Part shown: positions 25,200-38,275 of the stretch, one piece after another
Layout: every line of letters begins with the position of its first letter
Position numbering within the stretch: position 1 is the first letter of the stretch
Assembly (NCBI RefSeq): GCF_009914755.1
Contig: NC_060935.1
Direction: 5' to 3' (one strand)
Origin: the human T2T-CHM13v2.0 reference genome, Homo sapiens
DNA: 64,000 bases
The notes under the pieces: generated by a model
What the model was told of the DNA's origin: nothing
Databases searched by the model: none
What the model saw: the letters and a program-made list of their open reading frames with translations, nothing else
Translations under genes and position numbers: made by a program

Positions 25200-25400
25200 T
25201 AACAATGATAATATTAGCAACTAATACTTAGTTCTTATGTGTCAGATACTTTTCTATGTAATCTATTCAGCCCTCTCATGAACCAGATGAAGCATCATAG
25301 AAAGAGGAATACATTTCTTAAGACCACACAGACAGTAAATTACAAAACTGGATTTAGACCTATGCAATCTGGCTTTAGAATCTACACTTTAAATATATTT
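25200..25400 (-). mobile_element. MIR
   Basis: 'gcaactaatacttagttcttatgtgtcagatact...ctggatttagacctatgcaatctggctttaga'. Confidence 0.55.
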
Positions 25401-26229
25401 TACTACCTAAATATTTCTCCAGACAGATCCCTATGTCCAGGGCCTGCAATGGATGAAAAATACAGCAATGGAAAAGTAATGAATATAAGCTTTGTACATC
25501 GACCTCTAAATGAACCTTCTCTTTCTGTACACAAACCCTGTTACCAACATGTAAATGCCCTGCTGAGGTCTTTTGCCCACTGAAGTGTGAAATGATCTAA
25601 AACCCTTTGCAGGCCTTGCTTTCAATGTCTCTGTTTCTCTTTCCCAAATTTGAACCTGCACTTCTGCAAGCTGTTCTTGCCTAAGAATTTTTTCCTTTGA
25701 AGAACTGTTTGGGGTCACATTTGCAGTCTGAACTCTGGTCCTGTCTTTGAGGTGGGAAGCTGCCTTCTCCCCTTGACTGCAAGTATTATGACAGCTGTGG
25801 TAAGAAGTGTGTTGGCTTTCTTCCCTAATCTCAAAGTACTCAGGCTGGTTTTTTGGTTTTGGCATAATCAAAGTTTGACCTTTGATTGGGAAAGTGTCTA
25901 GAATTACTAGCTAAAAAAATACAAACTCTATACTTTTACTTTGACTGCCTCCTGGTCGACCCCATTGTAACTCGTACAGACATCTCTTTGGCTTTTTTTT
26001 CTTTTTTTTTTTTTTTGATGTCATAAAAGTGGACGTAGACATAGCTGAGAAAGGTTGGAGGAAGAACAAGACTGCTGAGACCAGGTTATCCCTGCTGACT
26101 AAGGTGGATCTTTCTAAACTTTCTAAATTTTCCTTCTAAACTGGAAGAAAACTAAACCAAAAAGGGGTTTAGGTAGATCATTTTAAGTCAAAGAGAACAA
26201 GTGATCAGATTGTGCGATAAAGTCAGGCA

Positions 26230-26248
26230 TAGTGCCACCTAGTGGACA
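26230..26248 (-). promoter_or_regulatory. Candidate CTCF binding site
   Basis: Minus strand TGTCCACTAGGTGGCACTA matches the core CCASYAGRKGGCRS; lies in non-repeat DNA. Confidence 0.7.
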
Positions 26249-26690
26249 GTCCTTGGTAATTAAAAAATTGAATAGGGAAGGATTTTACTGAGTCGAGTTT
26301 TGTTGTAGTTCGGCATGACATTTCCTGTCCACTATATTCTCCGGTGAGTGATTGTGGACACAGGAGGATTCAGTTCTTGTCAAAAGGAACTAAAAATAAC
26401 TGGAATTCAGAGAGCAACACAAGTTAGTATAGGATCCAGAGGAAATAATACTGTGTTTCAAAGGATCAAATAGTTGGACAAACACTTGAAAAAAGATGAA
26501 TCCAAGTATTAACGATAGTATCACACTAGAAGGTAGTAGACTAAGCAACTTGAAGAAAAGCCAACTGTAAATGTATATCACATTGTCTCAGGATGCTGGT
26601 CTGTTTGGGTTGCCAGATTAAGCAAATAAAAATACAGGGTGTCCAGTTAAATTTGATTTTCATATAAACATCATTTTTTAAAATATAACT

Positions 26691-27149
26691 TGTAACAGAC
26701 TAGGTAGCTAGTCAGACATGAGCAGAACAGCAGAGGACTCCCCCCACCCTGCCAGAAATGTCAGGTGACCATCAGGTGATGGTCTGGCAGTTGTTACAGT
26801 GTCTCTCTAAAATAATAATTGGTCGCAGCCTGAGCCAGGGAAAGGCAGTCGCCCAATAGATAGAAACACCTGACGCTGGTGATCAGCAGCTTCCCAATAA
26901 GATCTCAGGAGTTGGGCGAGTGAGCTCAAGTATGTGCATTAAAAGGCAAAATGGTAGTGTTTAACTGGCATATGACCTTCCAGAGACATTTGACTAGTAA
27001 GGGAAGAAGGCCTCAAGTGAGCAGGTGTACAACTCCAGTAAACACACTACACATGCTCACCCCCCAAGTGCCAGAAGGCCACTGCACATGCGGACAGCTC
27101 ACCACAAAGAAACAATCAGGGGAGATGGGATACATCCTGCATGTATGCC
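26691..27149 (+). mobile_element. MER50 ERV1 LTR, 5' part only
   Basis: 'taggtagctagtcagacatgagcag...gaccatcaggtgatgg'; stops at 'gtatgcc' just before the TATA box. Confidence 0.88.
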
Positions 27150-27844
27150 TGCTACAATAGGTAGCTAGTCAGAAATGAGCAGGGCAGGAGAGGACCTCCC
27201 TACACCCACCAGGTATGTCAGACAACCATCAGGTGATGATTTGGCAGTCGTCACATGGCCTTTCTAAAAATGATAATCAGCCACAGGCCCCAGGGAGAGG
27301 CAGTTTCCCCATAGGTAAAAACACTTGAAATTGGCAATTAGCACCTTCCAATAAAATCTCAGGAACTGAGAGAGTGAACTCAAGCACGCACATTAAGAGA
27401 AAAAAATAGCATAGTATGACCTTCAGGGTGCATCCCACTGGAAAAGGGAAGAAAGTCTTAGGTAAGCATGCACACAACTTCTTAAACGTACTGTGCATGC
27501 TCACCTCTCAAGTGTGAGTAGGCCACTGCACATGCAGGCGGCCCACCCTAAGGGAAGAATCATGGGAAAAGGGACGCAAGACCTTGGAAGTATGCCAACA
27601 TATAAAATTCCAAGTCAAAATGTCAAAAGCCACACCTGATCTTCACATGCCCACTTGGCCCTTTTCCAAATGTACTTTCCTTCCTTTTGTTTCTGCTCTA
27701 AAACTTTTTAGTAAACTTTCATTCCTGCTCTAAAACTTGCCTCAGTCTCTCCTTCTGTCTTATGCCTCCTCAGTCAAATTCTTTCTTCTGAGGAGGCAAG
27801 AATTGAGGTTGCTGTAGACCCATATGGATTTGCCGCTGGTAACA
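27150..27844 (+). mobile_element. MER50 ERV1 LTR, complete
   Basis: Restarts 'tgctacaataggtagctagtcag'; TATAAAA at 27601; ends 'ttgccgctggtaaca'. Confidence 0.9.
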
Positions 27845-27966
27845 TAAGTATGTCTCAAATACTGTATGGTATGTACTTAAACTAAATAATATATGTTTTT
27901 TTTAAATCTGAAATTCAAATTTAACTGGGTGTTCTCTATATTTTCTGAAAAACCTGTGTTTGGGCT

Positions 27967-28524
27967 TGAAAAATAAAAATAAAATTTTAAGCCCCTTTGT
28001 GGCCAAGGAAACTCCAGAGGAACTCTGGAAGCTGACTTCATGGCTATGGCAGGATGGGAGATTGGATTCCCCTCATTATACTTCCTCCATTGCTAACAAC
28101 TATTAGGCTTTTCTTCCTTGAGGGCTAAGTAGAAATCAGCACATTCAAAAGACTACTAGCTTATCTTCCTATGTACAGAACAAAGATGAGATGAGATTAA
28201 TCATTCCTTCACCCTTCCCTCAGAAATCTGCTTTCTCCATTCCCTTTTTCCTCAAATGTTCACCTTATCTTATGTAAGATGTAAATTTCCTAGACACTAG
28301 CTATAGACTCACAAGTATGTCACTCGTCTCGCTGCCACCCCCACCCCTCCCCTTTTTAAAGAAAACGTATAAATACTAACCCTCCTGAGAACCATTTTGG
28401 ACAAAACAAACAAAAGTGCCGCTGTGACTCCTGTTTTTCCCATGCACGCTGACAAGCTGGCTCAATAAACCTCAACAATGTGAGATTTATGCCTCAGTTT
28501 GAATAATTCAAACTGAGGTTGTCA
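27967..28524 (+). mobile_element. LTR54-like (MER39-related) ERV1 solo LTR
   Basis: TG...CA ends; 'aaataaaaataaaattttaagcccc', 'gactactagcttatcttcc', 'aagctggctcaataaacc'; flanks ggct/gact. Confidence 0.75.
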
Positions 28525-30003
28525 GACTTAACTCAATAACTAACTGAGCAGTAGTGTTTCCATACAAAGTATTTAATGCAATGTCTATATGATCATAGTA
28601 GGTCCTTGATAATGTTAGTTCCCTTTTTTTCCCTGAGGAAACAAAGTTTAAAGGTAGACTAAATATTCTTATTGACATGTAAGCATATATAGGAAACTAA
28701 TTAGGAGTTAGTGAGCATTCTTGAGAAACAAATTAGACTGATCAAATTTGAAAACAGCAACATTACTCTGGTGAGAGTGTGGGATAAAGACAGCAAAATG
28801 AAATCTTTATGGACCAAACAGATACCATTAAATGGGCAAAGAAATGGGATTCTTGGGGCCATTGTGATGTGGAGAATGCATGTCCTGTTTGTGTGTGTTA
28901 CAGTTCCAATGGTCACTATTAAAACTCCTTCCTGACCAAACAAAAAAAAAAACTTTTGGAGACTAGATATGGGCTGGTGGTGGGGACAGTTTCTTATCCC
29001 CAGAGTACAGGATCTATTAGAGACCAGATAAGTTAAAGGCAGGAAATGGAGTTAGGTTCTTATCATACTACTGTAAGTAAGAAATTACCATCCCCAAATA
29101 GAACAGCTACTGTGTGGAGAAAAAGACAAATCCCCATAGGGACAAAGGGGGTACACCTGAAGAAATTAGCTGCTTCAAAATGGAAATATCATAAACAATT
29201 TTCATTGCAAATGTTCACAGAGATGTAGCTCTCAAAGACATGTCTTTATAAAATAATTAATTCAAAATGCATCTTCTATTTAAATCATGATTCCCAAGTA
29301 TTAGAGGCACCTAGGTAACCATAACTGTGTATATATAGTTTCAAATATGTATTTAAGTATATGTACATATTTATGCATATATAAATTATATGTCATAAGT
29401 TATTAAAAATCTATTACTTTTACTTTCATCACGTGATTTTTGAACTGTGAAGATTGTTTACAGATTTTCCAAGGAGCATTGACAATATTCCCCTACTAAC
29501 CCTTCAAAAGAATAAGGCAAATGCATTAATGGATTTTCATGGAAGCTTGGATAATGCTATAATTATGAAAAAAATTACTGTTAACTCATAAAAGCAAGTG
29601 TAAAATTGGCCAAAGGGATGAATTTCAGTTACTGGTCACATAAGATCATTTAAGAGCTGGTTTCACCTGTTGAGGAGCTGTATTTATTTGGCTGAAATCC
29701 AATTCAGTTCATGGTAGTATTTTCTGAAATATATTCCTGGACTTTATAAACAAATACCATATACCTATTACCAACTTTGTATAAATCACTTTACATACAT
29801 TATTTATAATCTTTATAGCATTGCTCAAAATAATTATAACAACTCATCTCTTGCAGATGGGAAAATAAACACAGTAGACATTAAAAAACTTGACCACATT
29901 CATAGTATGTGTTAACTGCATTGTTTAAAGCCTACCTTTTTACCCTCCTATGCCATGGAGGCAGCCATTAAGTAAATTAAAATTAAGTAAAAACTTAATT
30001 TTA

Positions 30004-31402
30004 CTACAAGCCTACAGTAACCAAAACAGCACGGTACTGGTACCAAAACAGATGAAGAGACCGATGGAACAGAACAGAGGCCTCAGAAATAACACCACAC
30101 ATCTACAACCATCTGATCTTTGACAAACCTGACAAAAACAAGAAATGGGGAAAGGATTCCCTCTTTAATAAATGGTGCTGGGAAAACTGGCTAGCCATAT
30201 GTAGAAAGCTGAAACTGGATCCCTTCCTTACACCTTATACAAAAATTAATTCAAGATGGATTAAAGACTTAAATGTTAGACCTAAAACCATAAAAATCCT
30301 AGAAGAAAACCTGGGCAATACCATCCAGGACATAGGCATGGGCAAGGACTTCATGACTAAAACATCAAAAGCAATGGCAACAAAAGCCAAACTTGACAAA
30401 TGGGATCTAAATAAACTAAAGAGCTTCTGCACAACAAAAGAAACTATCATCAGAGTGGGCAACCTACAGAATGGGAGAAAATTTTTGCAATCTACCTATC
30501 TGACAAAGGGCTAATATCTAGAATCCACAAAGAACTTAAACAAATTTACAAGAAAAAAAACAAAGAATCCCATCAAAAAGTGGGCAAAGGATATGAACAG
30601 ACATTTCTCAAAAGAAGACATTTATGCAGCCAACAAACATATGAAAAAAACCTCATCACTGGTCATTAGAGAAATGCAAATCAAAACCACAACGAGATAC
30701 CATCTCACACCAGTTAGAATGGCGACATTAAAAAGTCAGGAAACAGGTGCTGGAGGGGATGTGGAAAAATAGGAACACTTTTACACTGTTGGTGGGAGTG
30801 TAAACTAGTTCAACCATTGTGGAAGACAGTGTAGCGATTCCTCAAGGATCTAGAACTAGAAATACCATTTGACCCAGCAATCCCATTACTGGGTATATAT
30901 ACCCAAAGGATTATAAATCATGCTACTATAAAGACACACGCACACGTATGTTTATTGAGGCACTATTCACAACAGCAAAGACTTGGAACCAAATATCCAT
31001 CAATGGTAGACTGGATTAAGAAAATGTGGCACATGTACAACATGGAATACTATGCAGCCATAAAAAAGATGAGTTCGTGTCGTTTGCAAGGACATGGATG
31101 AAGCTGGAAATCATCATTCTAAGCAAACTCTCACAAGGACAGAGAAGCAAACACTGCATGTTCTCACTCATAGGTGGGAGCTAAACAATGAGAACACTTG
31201 GACACAGGGCAGGGAACATCACACACTGGGGCCTGTCAAGGTGTGGGGAGCTGGGGGGAGGGATAGCATTAGGAGAAATACCTAATGTAAATGACACATT
31301 AATGGGTGCAGCAAACCAACATGGCACATGTATGCGTATGTAACAAACCTGCACGTTGTGCACATGTACTCTAGAACTTAAAGTAAAATTAAAAAATGAA
31401 AA
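30004..31402 (+). mobile_element. 5'-truncated L1PA (PA6-like), 1.4 kb, ORF2 C-terminus disrupted
   Basis: ORF2 3' part plus 3'UTR 'ggagaaatacctaatgtaaatgac...gcagcaaaccaacatggcac'; 16-bp TSD taaaaacttaatttta (29988-30003) / taaaaagttaatttta (31403-31418). Confidence 0.95.
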
Positions 31403-31558
31403 TAAAAAGTTAATTTTAAAATATTATAATTAAATTGCTTATGTTAAGAACAAGAAGTACTCAAAATTCATAGTACTTAATCATTTAACTCCATTTATTC
31501 TTTTCTAGGCTTTTGAAATTATTTACATCTCTTGTATCTGTATTGTGGAAATAGTGTG

Positions 31559-31742
31559 TATTGGTGTGCTAACTGCAAATCTCTTTCCAGCTCCACTTGC
31601 AGAATGCCACATTGGTAGCTTGAAATCAGTAATGGTGGGAGTATTTACATTACAGAAATAAACTGGTGAATACTAAAACAGGACTTCCATTTTTACCACC
31701 TTCCCTGGAAATCTGATTGTGAATATTTACTAGCAGACCATT
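31559..31742. mobile_element. MER63A hAT element
   Basis: 'ttggtagcttgaaatcagtaatggtgggagtatttaca'; degenerate TIRs 'ttggtgtgct' / 'agcagacca'. Confidence 0.75.
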
Positions 31743-32084
31743 TAACATATTATCTTTTCATTACTTCCTCTTTTTTCCAGATGTTCCTATATATCATATG
31801 CTATATTTGTCTATCATCCATTGTTTTTGTCATGCATCATGAAAATATAAAATAAAATAAATTGCAATTTATTCTACTTAGTATTGGTTGATTGTCTGAT
31901 AATACACTTAGTGCTATTTGGTAACAATGACACTATGGAGGATATAAAGACAAAATATAGCTCTTGCCTTTACGGTGAGTTGGAGAGAGAATGGATAATT
32001 ATATATTCAAGTAGGCATTGCTTTGGTATGAAAAATAATGTATATAATATTGCTTGGTATGAAAGAATATCTATAGAATATTGT

Positions 32085-32290
32085 TTAATTTTCAAAGTGC
32101 TTCATAAACAGTCTCCTTCATTTAATTACCACAACAATCCTGGAAAGTAAATAAGTAAGTTATTGTGCCCAATAGGCGGGGGAGAAATCCAACACTTGCC
32201 AAAGGTCGTAGAGCTAGGACATTGAGAGATAAAGTAAAATCCAATATCCAACTCTTTTAACTCTGAGTCCCGGGTTATTTGTGTTTTCCT
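32085..32290 (-). mobile_element. MIR
   Basis: 'ttcatttaattaccacaacaatcctgg...acttgccaaaggtcgtagagctag'. Confidence 0.55.
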
Positions 32291-33295
32291 CTACTGTTAA
32301 AAAAGAAAAATGCTTCCAAATTCCATCTATAGGTTTCAGTGAAATTGTATTTCGAAACACTGAGTTTTTTAGGGAAACTTCAAATGCCTATTGTGGCAAC
32401 CTTAAGATTATTAGTCTATTGTATGAAGTGAAATCATACAGTGACTCTACCTAAGGATTCTCATGCCACACATAAAGCACTATAATATTACACTTGAGAT
32501 GGCTGCCAAAACAGGTAGATTGACCAAAGGCACACACACTGCCACCCCTGAATCTGTGCTTCTAATGTCTGCAACATTGGTGGCACAAGTAGTCTTCAGT
32601 TCAGAATGAAAGACTATAAAATGAAAAGCATTCTTTCAAAAGACAAGACTAAAGACAAGAGGCATCTAATCAAAGTGGAGGATCATACAGGCTGAAAGAG
32701 AACGAAGAGAATTGTAGGAAAAAATAATGTTTGAAAAACCAAAAATTTTGTTAGATGGTTTATTTGAAATTGGATAAGGAGAAAAAGTCACTTAAAATAA
32801 ATCAATTTATGTTTTTATTTTTAAAAGTGTTCATGAGATTTCTATGGGAAATAGTATTTTCAAGGTGTGAAAAGGCATAGTTACCAAGTTAGCCTCAAAC
32901 CAAATCTATCCAAAGAAATCCCAGAGAATGTGGTATGAATTAATAAATGCCACCATAGAAAAAATGCAGCAAATAGAAAATTCATAATAAAGAAAAAGCA
33001 AAGTTGCTGTTGTTCTTGTTTTTACTATTTATCTTTTTATGTGACCATTATTTAAAATTGTGGAAGTTTTCTTTTTCCTTCTCATTAAGATCAATAAAAG
33101 AAGTGCAGTTTAAATACCTTCGGCTCAAGTTTTAATTTAGATACTGCCTGAGACAGAATATAACTTGTGAGAGTTAAAGAAATTAAAATGTAAGTGACCT
33201 GAGGAGACAAATGGAAAAATCTGTTAATATAAACATTAATATGAGCTGATGTAAAATTTTCATCAAAAGTAAGAAGATACGATATTTCAGAAATT

Positions 33296-33592
33296 TAATT
33301 GGGCACAGTGGCTCACGTCTTTAATCCCAGCACTTTGGGAGGCACAGGTGGGCAGATTGTTTGAGCCCAGGAGATCAAGACCAGCCTGGGCAACATAGCG
33401 AAACTTCTCTCTACAAAAAACACAAAAATTAACTGGGCTTGGTGGCTTGTGCCTGCAGTCTCCACTGTTCAGGAGGCTGAGGTGGGAAATCACCTGAACC
33501 CAGAAGATGAAGAAGGCTACAATGAGCCGTGATCTTGCCACTGCACCCCAGCCTGGGTGATGGAGTGAGACCCTGCATCAAAAAAAAAAAAA
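33296..33592 (+). mobile_element. Full-length AluJ
   Basis: 'ttgagcccaggagatcaagaccagcctgggcaacatagcg' (J diagnostics), poly-A tail. Confidence 0.93.
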
Positions 33593-33821
33593 GGTATACC
33601 ATGCAGAACGAGGTTGTGCACTAAATACAGTATAAGTAACATTCTATTCCTCTCAAACATGTATAATGTCTGCTTCCATCGGTGCAGTCATTCTGCAAAT
33701 GTAATACTTTATTATCCTGAAAAGTCTTTTGCATACATCACATCCCATTGATCAGAGGCTGTAAGTAATTTATTGAAAATACAGAAATATAATGGGGTTA
33801 TCTTGTTGATGGCATGAGTGA

Positions 33822-34104
33822 AATTATATATTTATAATATATCATTATATTACAATAAGATATTCTATATCATTACATATATCAATGTAAATCATATATA
33901 CATGCAGCCATTTTCAATATCTACATTATATAGATATTACATTATTTATGTTATATATTATATAAATGATATATATTATGTAATTTATATTACTTATATA
34001 ATACAAATTATATATTATATATAATATAGATATTGAGAAATTAAATTTATGTAATATAAATAATATATATATATATAATGTAGATATTGAGAATGACTGC
34101 ATGT
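33822..34104. repeat. AT-rich low-complexity tract with 33-bp inverted arms
   Basis: Arms 33900-33932 and 34072-34104 are 31/33 complementary. Confidence 0.9.
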
Positions 34105-37100
34105 TCCTTCTTTCAAAAACCACACTGGAAAAATGAAATACAAACATAACTTAGGAGAACTTAGTAACCGAGCTACTTATTTTGAAAATGATGCCAATTC
34201 TCCAGTTCTCCAATGCAGCTAGTAATACACATTGTGTTAGTGAAATTTTTAAAAAAGCTTCAGACAAGTTGGGTAGCATTAGTTTTATTTACTATAAAGA
34301 TCAGACTCTCTGCCAAATATACCTTTTAAAATGTAGTCGATGAGACAAACAATAAATTTCCTGAGTTATCTGACATCATTCTTACAAGGTTCTATCAAAT
34401 CAGAAAGGGGAGAGAGGGAAGACAGAGTCATATTGCAGCTTTGCTGCTAAATTGACTCAAATTACTCTTCTCTTCTTGCAAAAAAATATCGTTAGCACAT
34501 TTCAAATGGGAATCACTTTATAATTCTTTTTGAAATTACCTTTTTACTCCTCAAAATTCTAATAAAATAATTTGCATTTACATATCCTTAATGACATTTC
34601 AATCATCCATTATGAATATAGGCAATTTGCAACTTTTATTCAACATATTCAAATGTGCACTGTTCATGAATTCTGATGTTTATTAGATAATTGACTAATT
34701 AAATCTGTTTTAGAGCGAAATTATTTAAGCATGCCCCATAGACTCCATTCTTGTTCCACTTCAATTCTAAAAGCCCTCCATGTTTCTCCCTATAAAACTC
34801 TGAATAAAAAGCCCCTATTCTTTAAGAGCTGAAAATTCCAACACAATTTGTAAATGCATTTCTTCTATTTTGCTAAAATCCTAGATATTTACCACACTAG
34901 TAAATTGTCACAGGATCTTTCAAACAACCTGGTTGTTATCAAGTATTGGTTCATGGGATTACAGTGGTCTGAGAATGATTAAATGTTGCTTTCTTTCAGG
35001 CTGTTTCTCTAGAATATTCTGACTCATTATTTAGAAACATGACAGCTAGATTTCTAAACCCACAAAAGATTATGACAATCACTGCGGTTACATAAGATAT
35101 ATAGAAAAGCAAGAACTGAAGATTCCTTGGAGAAATAACCAACTCTGAATATATTCTGGGTTTCTTTGCTCTTGTTTCTATGGTATTACAGCATTCCATA
35201 TTTCTGCAAGTGTTAATAGGAATTTGTAATGCTTGGATAACTAATTCCATATTTAAACAGATTTAATTACTTAATACACTGCTGACTTTCTAAACTGTCC
35301 ACACTGAATTTGCTGAATAAATGTTATAAATGAGTTATATTTATGAGAGAAGATTGAAATGTTTAAAATGCAAATACAAACCCTTTCTCATATGAGAAGG
35401 AAAAGTGAAACTGGAAACAACAATAGAATTTTTAAAGTTCTTCAGCTGGAATTTTAATGATTAGACTAATGACATCAAGGCACATCCCCAGTGCCTGTCT
35501 CTAGCTTCATACTAGTCTTTTATTGTAGACCAGTTGAAATAGCTTTTACATGGAGAAGACACATAGTGTTCTTTGATTACTGCAAGTAACTTCAATATTA
35601 CATCAGAAATTCATCTGGGGCTTTGAATCCTCCTAAGATTAGATATATATCTACATTTTCAAATAGTATTAAGGTATAAATGTTATGACTTCTCATCTAT
35701 AATCATATTTTTCACCAAATACATCAGACCAAAATAAATTTATTCATTATAATCTCTTTAGACATATAAAATTTCTGTTATTTATAGCTGCTGGTAGATA
35801 TTGGGATGAAATTATTTAAAGGACTCTGAGATTAGGTCATGGGAAAATATAGGTTATACCCTCACTTCAGGTCATTTTTATGATAAAATTTGAAAAACAA
35901 ATGTATGATAAACCATAGGTTTTGGATATTTCTTGACAATGCAATCGGTGGATTCAACCAGTATCTATTTTTAGTTTTTTTCCTTGCTTTTATTTTTAAT
36001 TTTGTTTATAGTTAATATCATACTTTCAGTTATTCATTACTACCAGATCTGGACATCTTATAATTACTCAAATGTGTTTAACACTTTTATAATGCTTTAC
36101 ACAAGATAAGGAGTGCTAATTTTCTTCATTATCTATATTAATGAACTTACTTATATCAACTTTTTTTTTCTAAACAAGAATTCTTGTCCTAACTCTAGGA
36201 TTTTGTAAGTGATATGTTATTAAATATTCCATTTACAAGTATTTTAACAAACTACATATTTATTTGAAAGGAATCTATTTTTATTGATACTTTAGCGTGT
36301 CTCTATTGCAGTTTAGTAAGTCAATAGAATTAAACTCTACCTTGCTTTGAAATGCATATTTCCCTTCCTCTTTTGGATAATTATAAAAAATATATATTGA
36401 GTAATTATTGTGTATTAGTCCTTTATGAAAATAAACTGAACATTTTACCTACTCTCAATCAGTTTATAGCCCAAAATGTAAAGGCAAGTATAATAATTTT
36501 TATATAAAATTGAAATGATTATGTCTTAAGAGGTGAATGGAATATCTTGAGGTATATGGTGTAGACAATCAATGTATTTAGAAGAAAGACATTTCAACCA
36601 GAACGAATATAAGTCATAAATAGGCATAAAGGCAGAAAAATCACAAAAAAAATAGCATACAAAATAATGACTTCAGTAATCAGATATTGCTGGGTTCAAA
36701 ATGATTTCTTCTAAAAAAACTTGACCAGTTTGAATCCAAACTATCATCAACCATTCTTGACTGTGAACTACCATCTACTAAATCTGCCATGAAATATGTC
36801 AAGATATTGAGAGAAACAGAATACATAAATATATATATCCATAAATATATTTATGTATATGAATATACACACCCCTATATATGATTTATAGCAAATTTTT
36901 GTAGTTCTGAAAAAGCATCTAAAGTTGACTCCTAAGTGCATACAAAATACATCTATAATGCTAAGGCATTGTAGACTTCCTTTTGAAACAGATTTAGAGG
37001 AAACATACTAGCTTGCTTTCCCTTTATAAAGATGGAATAACTCTTTATAGTGAGTTTATTTCTATCATTTGTAACTCTTTGTGCTCATTTCTGTATTTGT

Positions 37101-37884
37101 CCTACAAACTTTTCTTAGGTGTCTACAGTATGCATAGCACAATGGTTAACACAGTGAGATTATAAAACAAAACAAAACAAAATAAAACAAAACCCTGGAT
37201 ACGAAATACAATGTTTATCTTTAAAATAGTTTGCAAAAAAAGCAATAACTAGGAGAGAGAAAGAGAGGAAATAAATATAGATAAAAGAACTAATTTTTAT
37301 GAATGCTACCCGGAGTGCATATGAGAATTCTGTATAAAAAGCCATTCATTCTGCTCTGGGGAGAAGAACATGAAATCATGAATGAGGGGCTCTATAGACA
37401 CTAGTTGTTTGCAGTCTTCAAAAACACATCTACTGAAACATATTAAACATGCATATTATTTAAATATTTTTATTTTCTAGATTTTTAGAAACGTTCTCAA
37501 AGTATTTTCTGCCTTACACTTTCTTTTTCAACCCATAATTTCCGTGCCACACAGCCAAAGCTTGCCGCTACAGTTAACTTTCCTAAGGGATCAACAAATG
37601 AATTAACTTGACAAAAATCAGAACAGATATTTGAATTTATTGAGACTAAATGAAAACATCTCTAAATTATTTCTCTCCTTCAAGCCGCCATGTACATACT
37701 AAGTTGCTGTAAGAAAATTCGATGAAACCCTCTTTCTTCAGACCAAAATTCCATTTAAAATCGAATAATACAGTTATACTTGAGTCCCTATTTTAACTCA
37801 ATCCTCTACTCAGAAATTTCTGAATTCTAAATTCAAGTTGCCATGCCATAGATAAGCAGATTAGCACATTCCTGGTTGAATTTT

Positions 37885-37990
37885 GCTTTTCTTTTTTTCA
37901 TAGAGATAGGGTCTCAGTACGTTGCCCAAATTAGTCTCAAACTCCTGGGCTCAAAAAATCCTCCTGCCTCAGCCTCCTGAGTGCAGTGGA
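37885..37990 (-). mobile_element. Alu left monomer (FLAM-like)
   Basis: 'agagatagggtctcagtacgttgccc...aactcctgggctcaa'. Confidence 0.8.
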
Positions 37991-37991
37991 A

Positions 37992-38275
<284 letters not shown>

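Larger units (their letters stand above)
26606..27955. mobile_element. MER53 MITE split into 26606-26690 and 27845-27955
   Basis: 'gggttgccagattaagcaaataaaaatacagggtgtccagttaaatttga' and the complementary 'tcaaatttaactgggtgttct'. Confidence 0.88.

Noticed and set aside
25990-26100. Poly-T tract as the tail of a processed pseudogene
   Set aside because: No poly-A signal on the minus strand, no TSD and no recognisable mRNA sequence.
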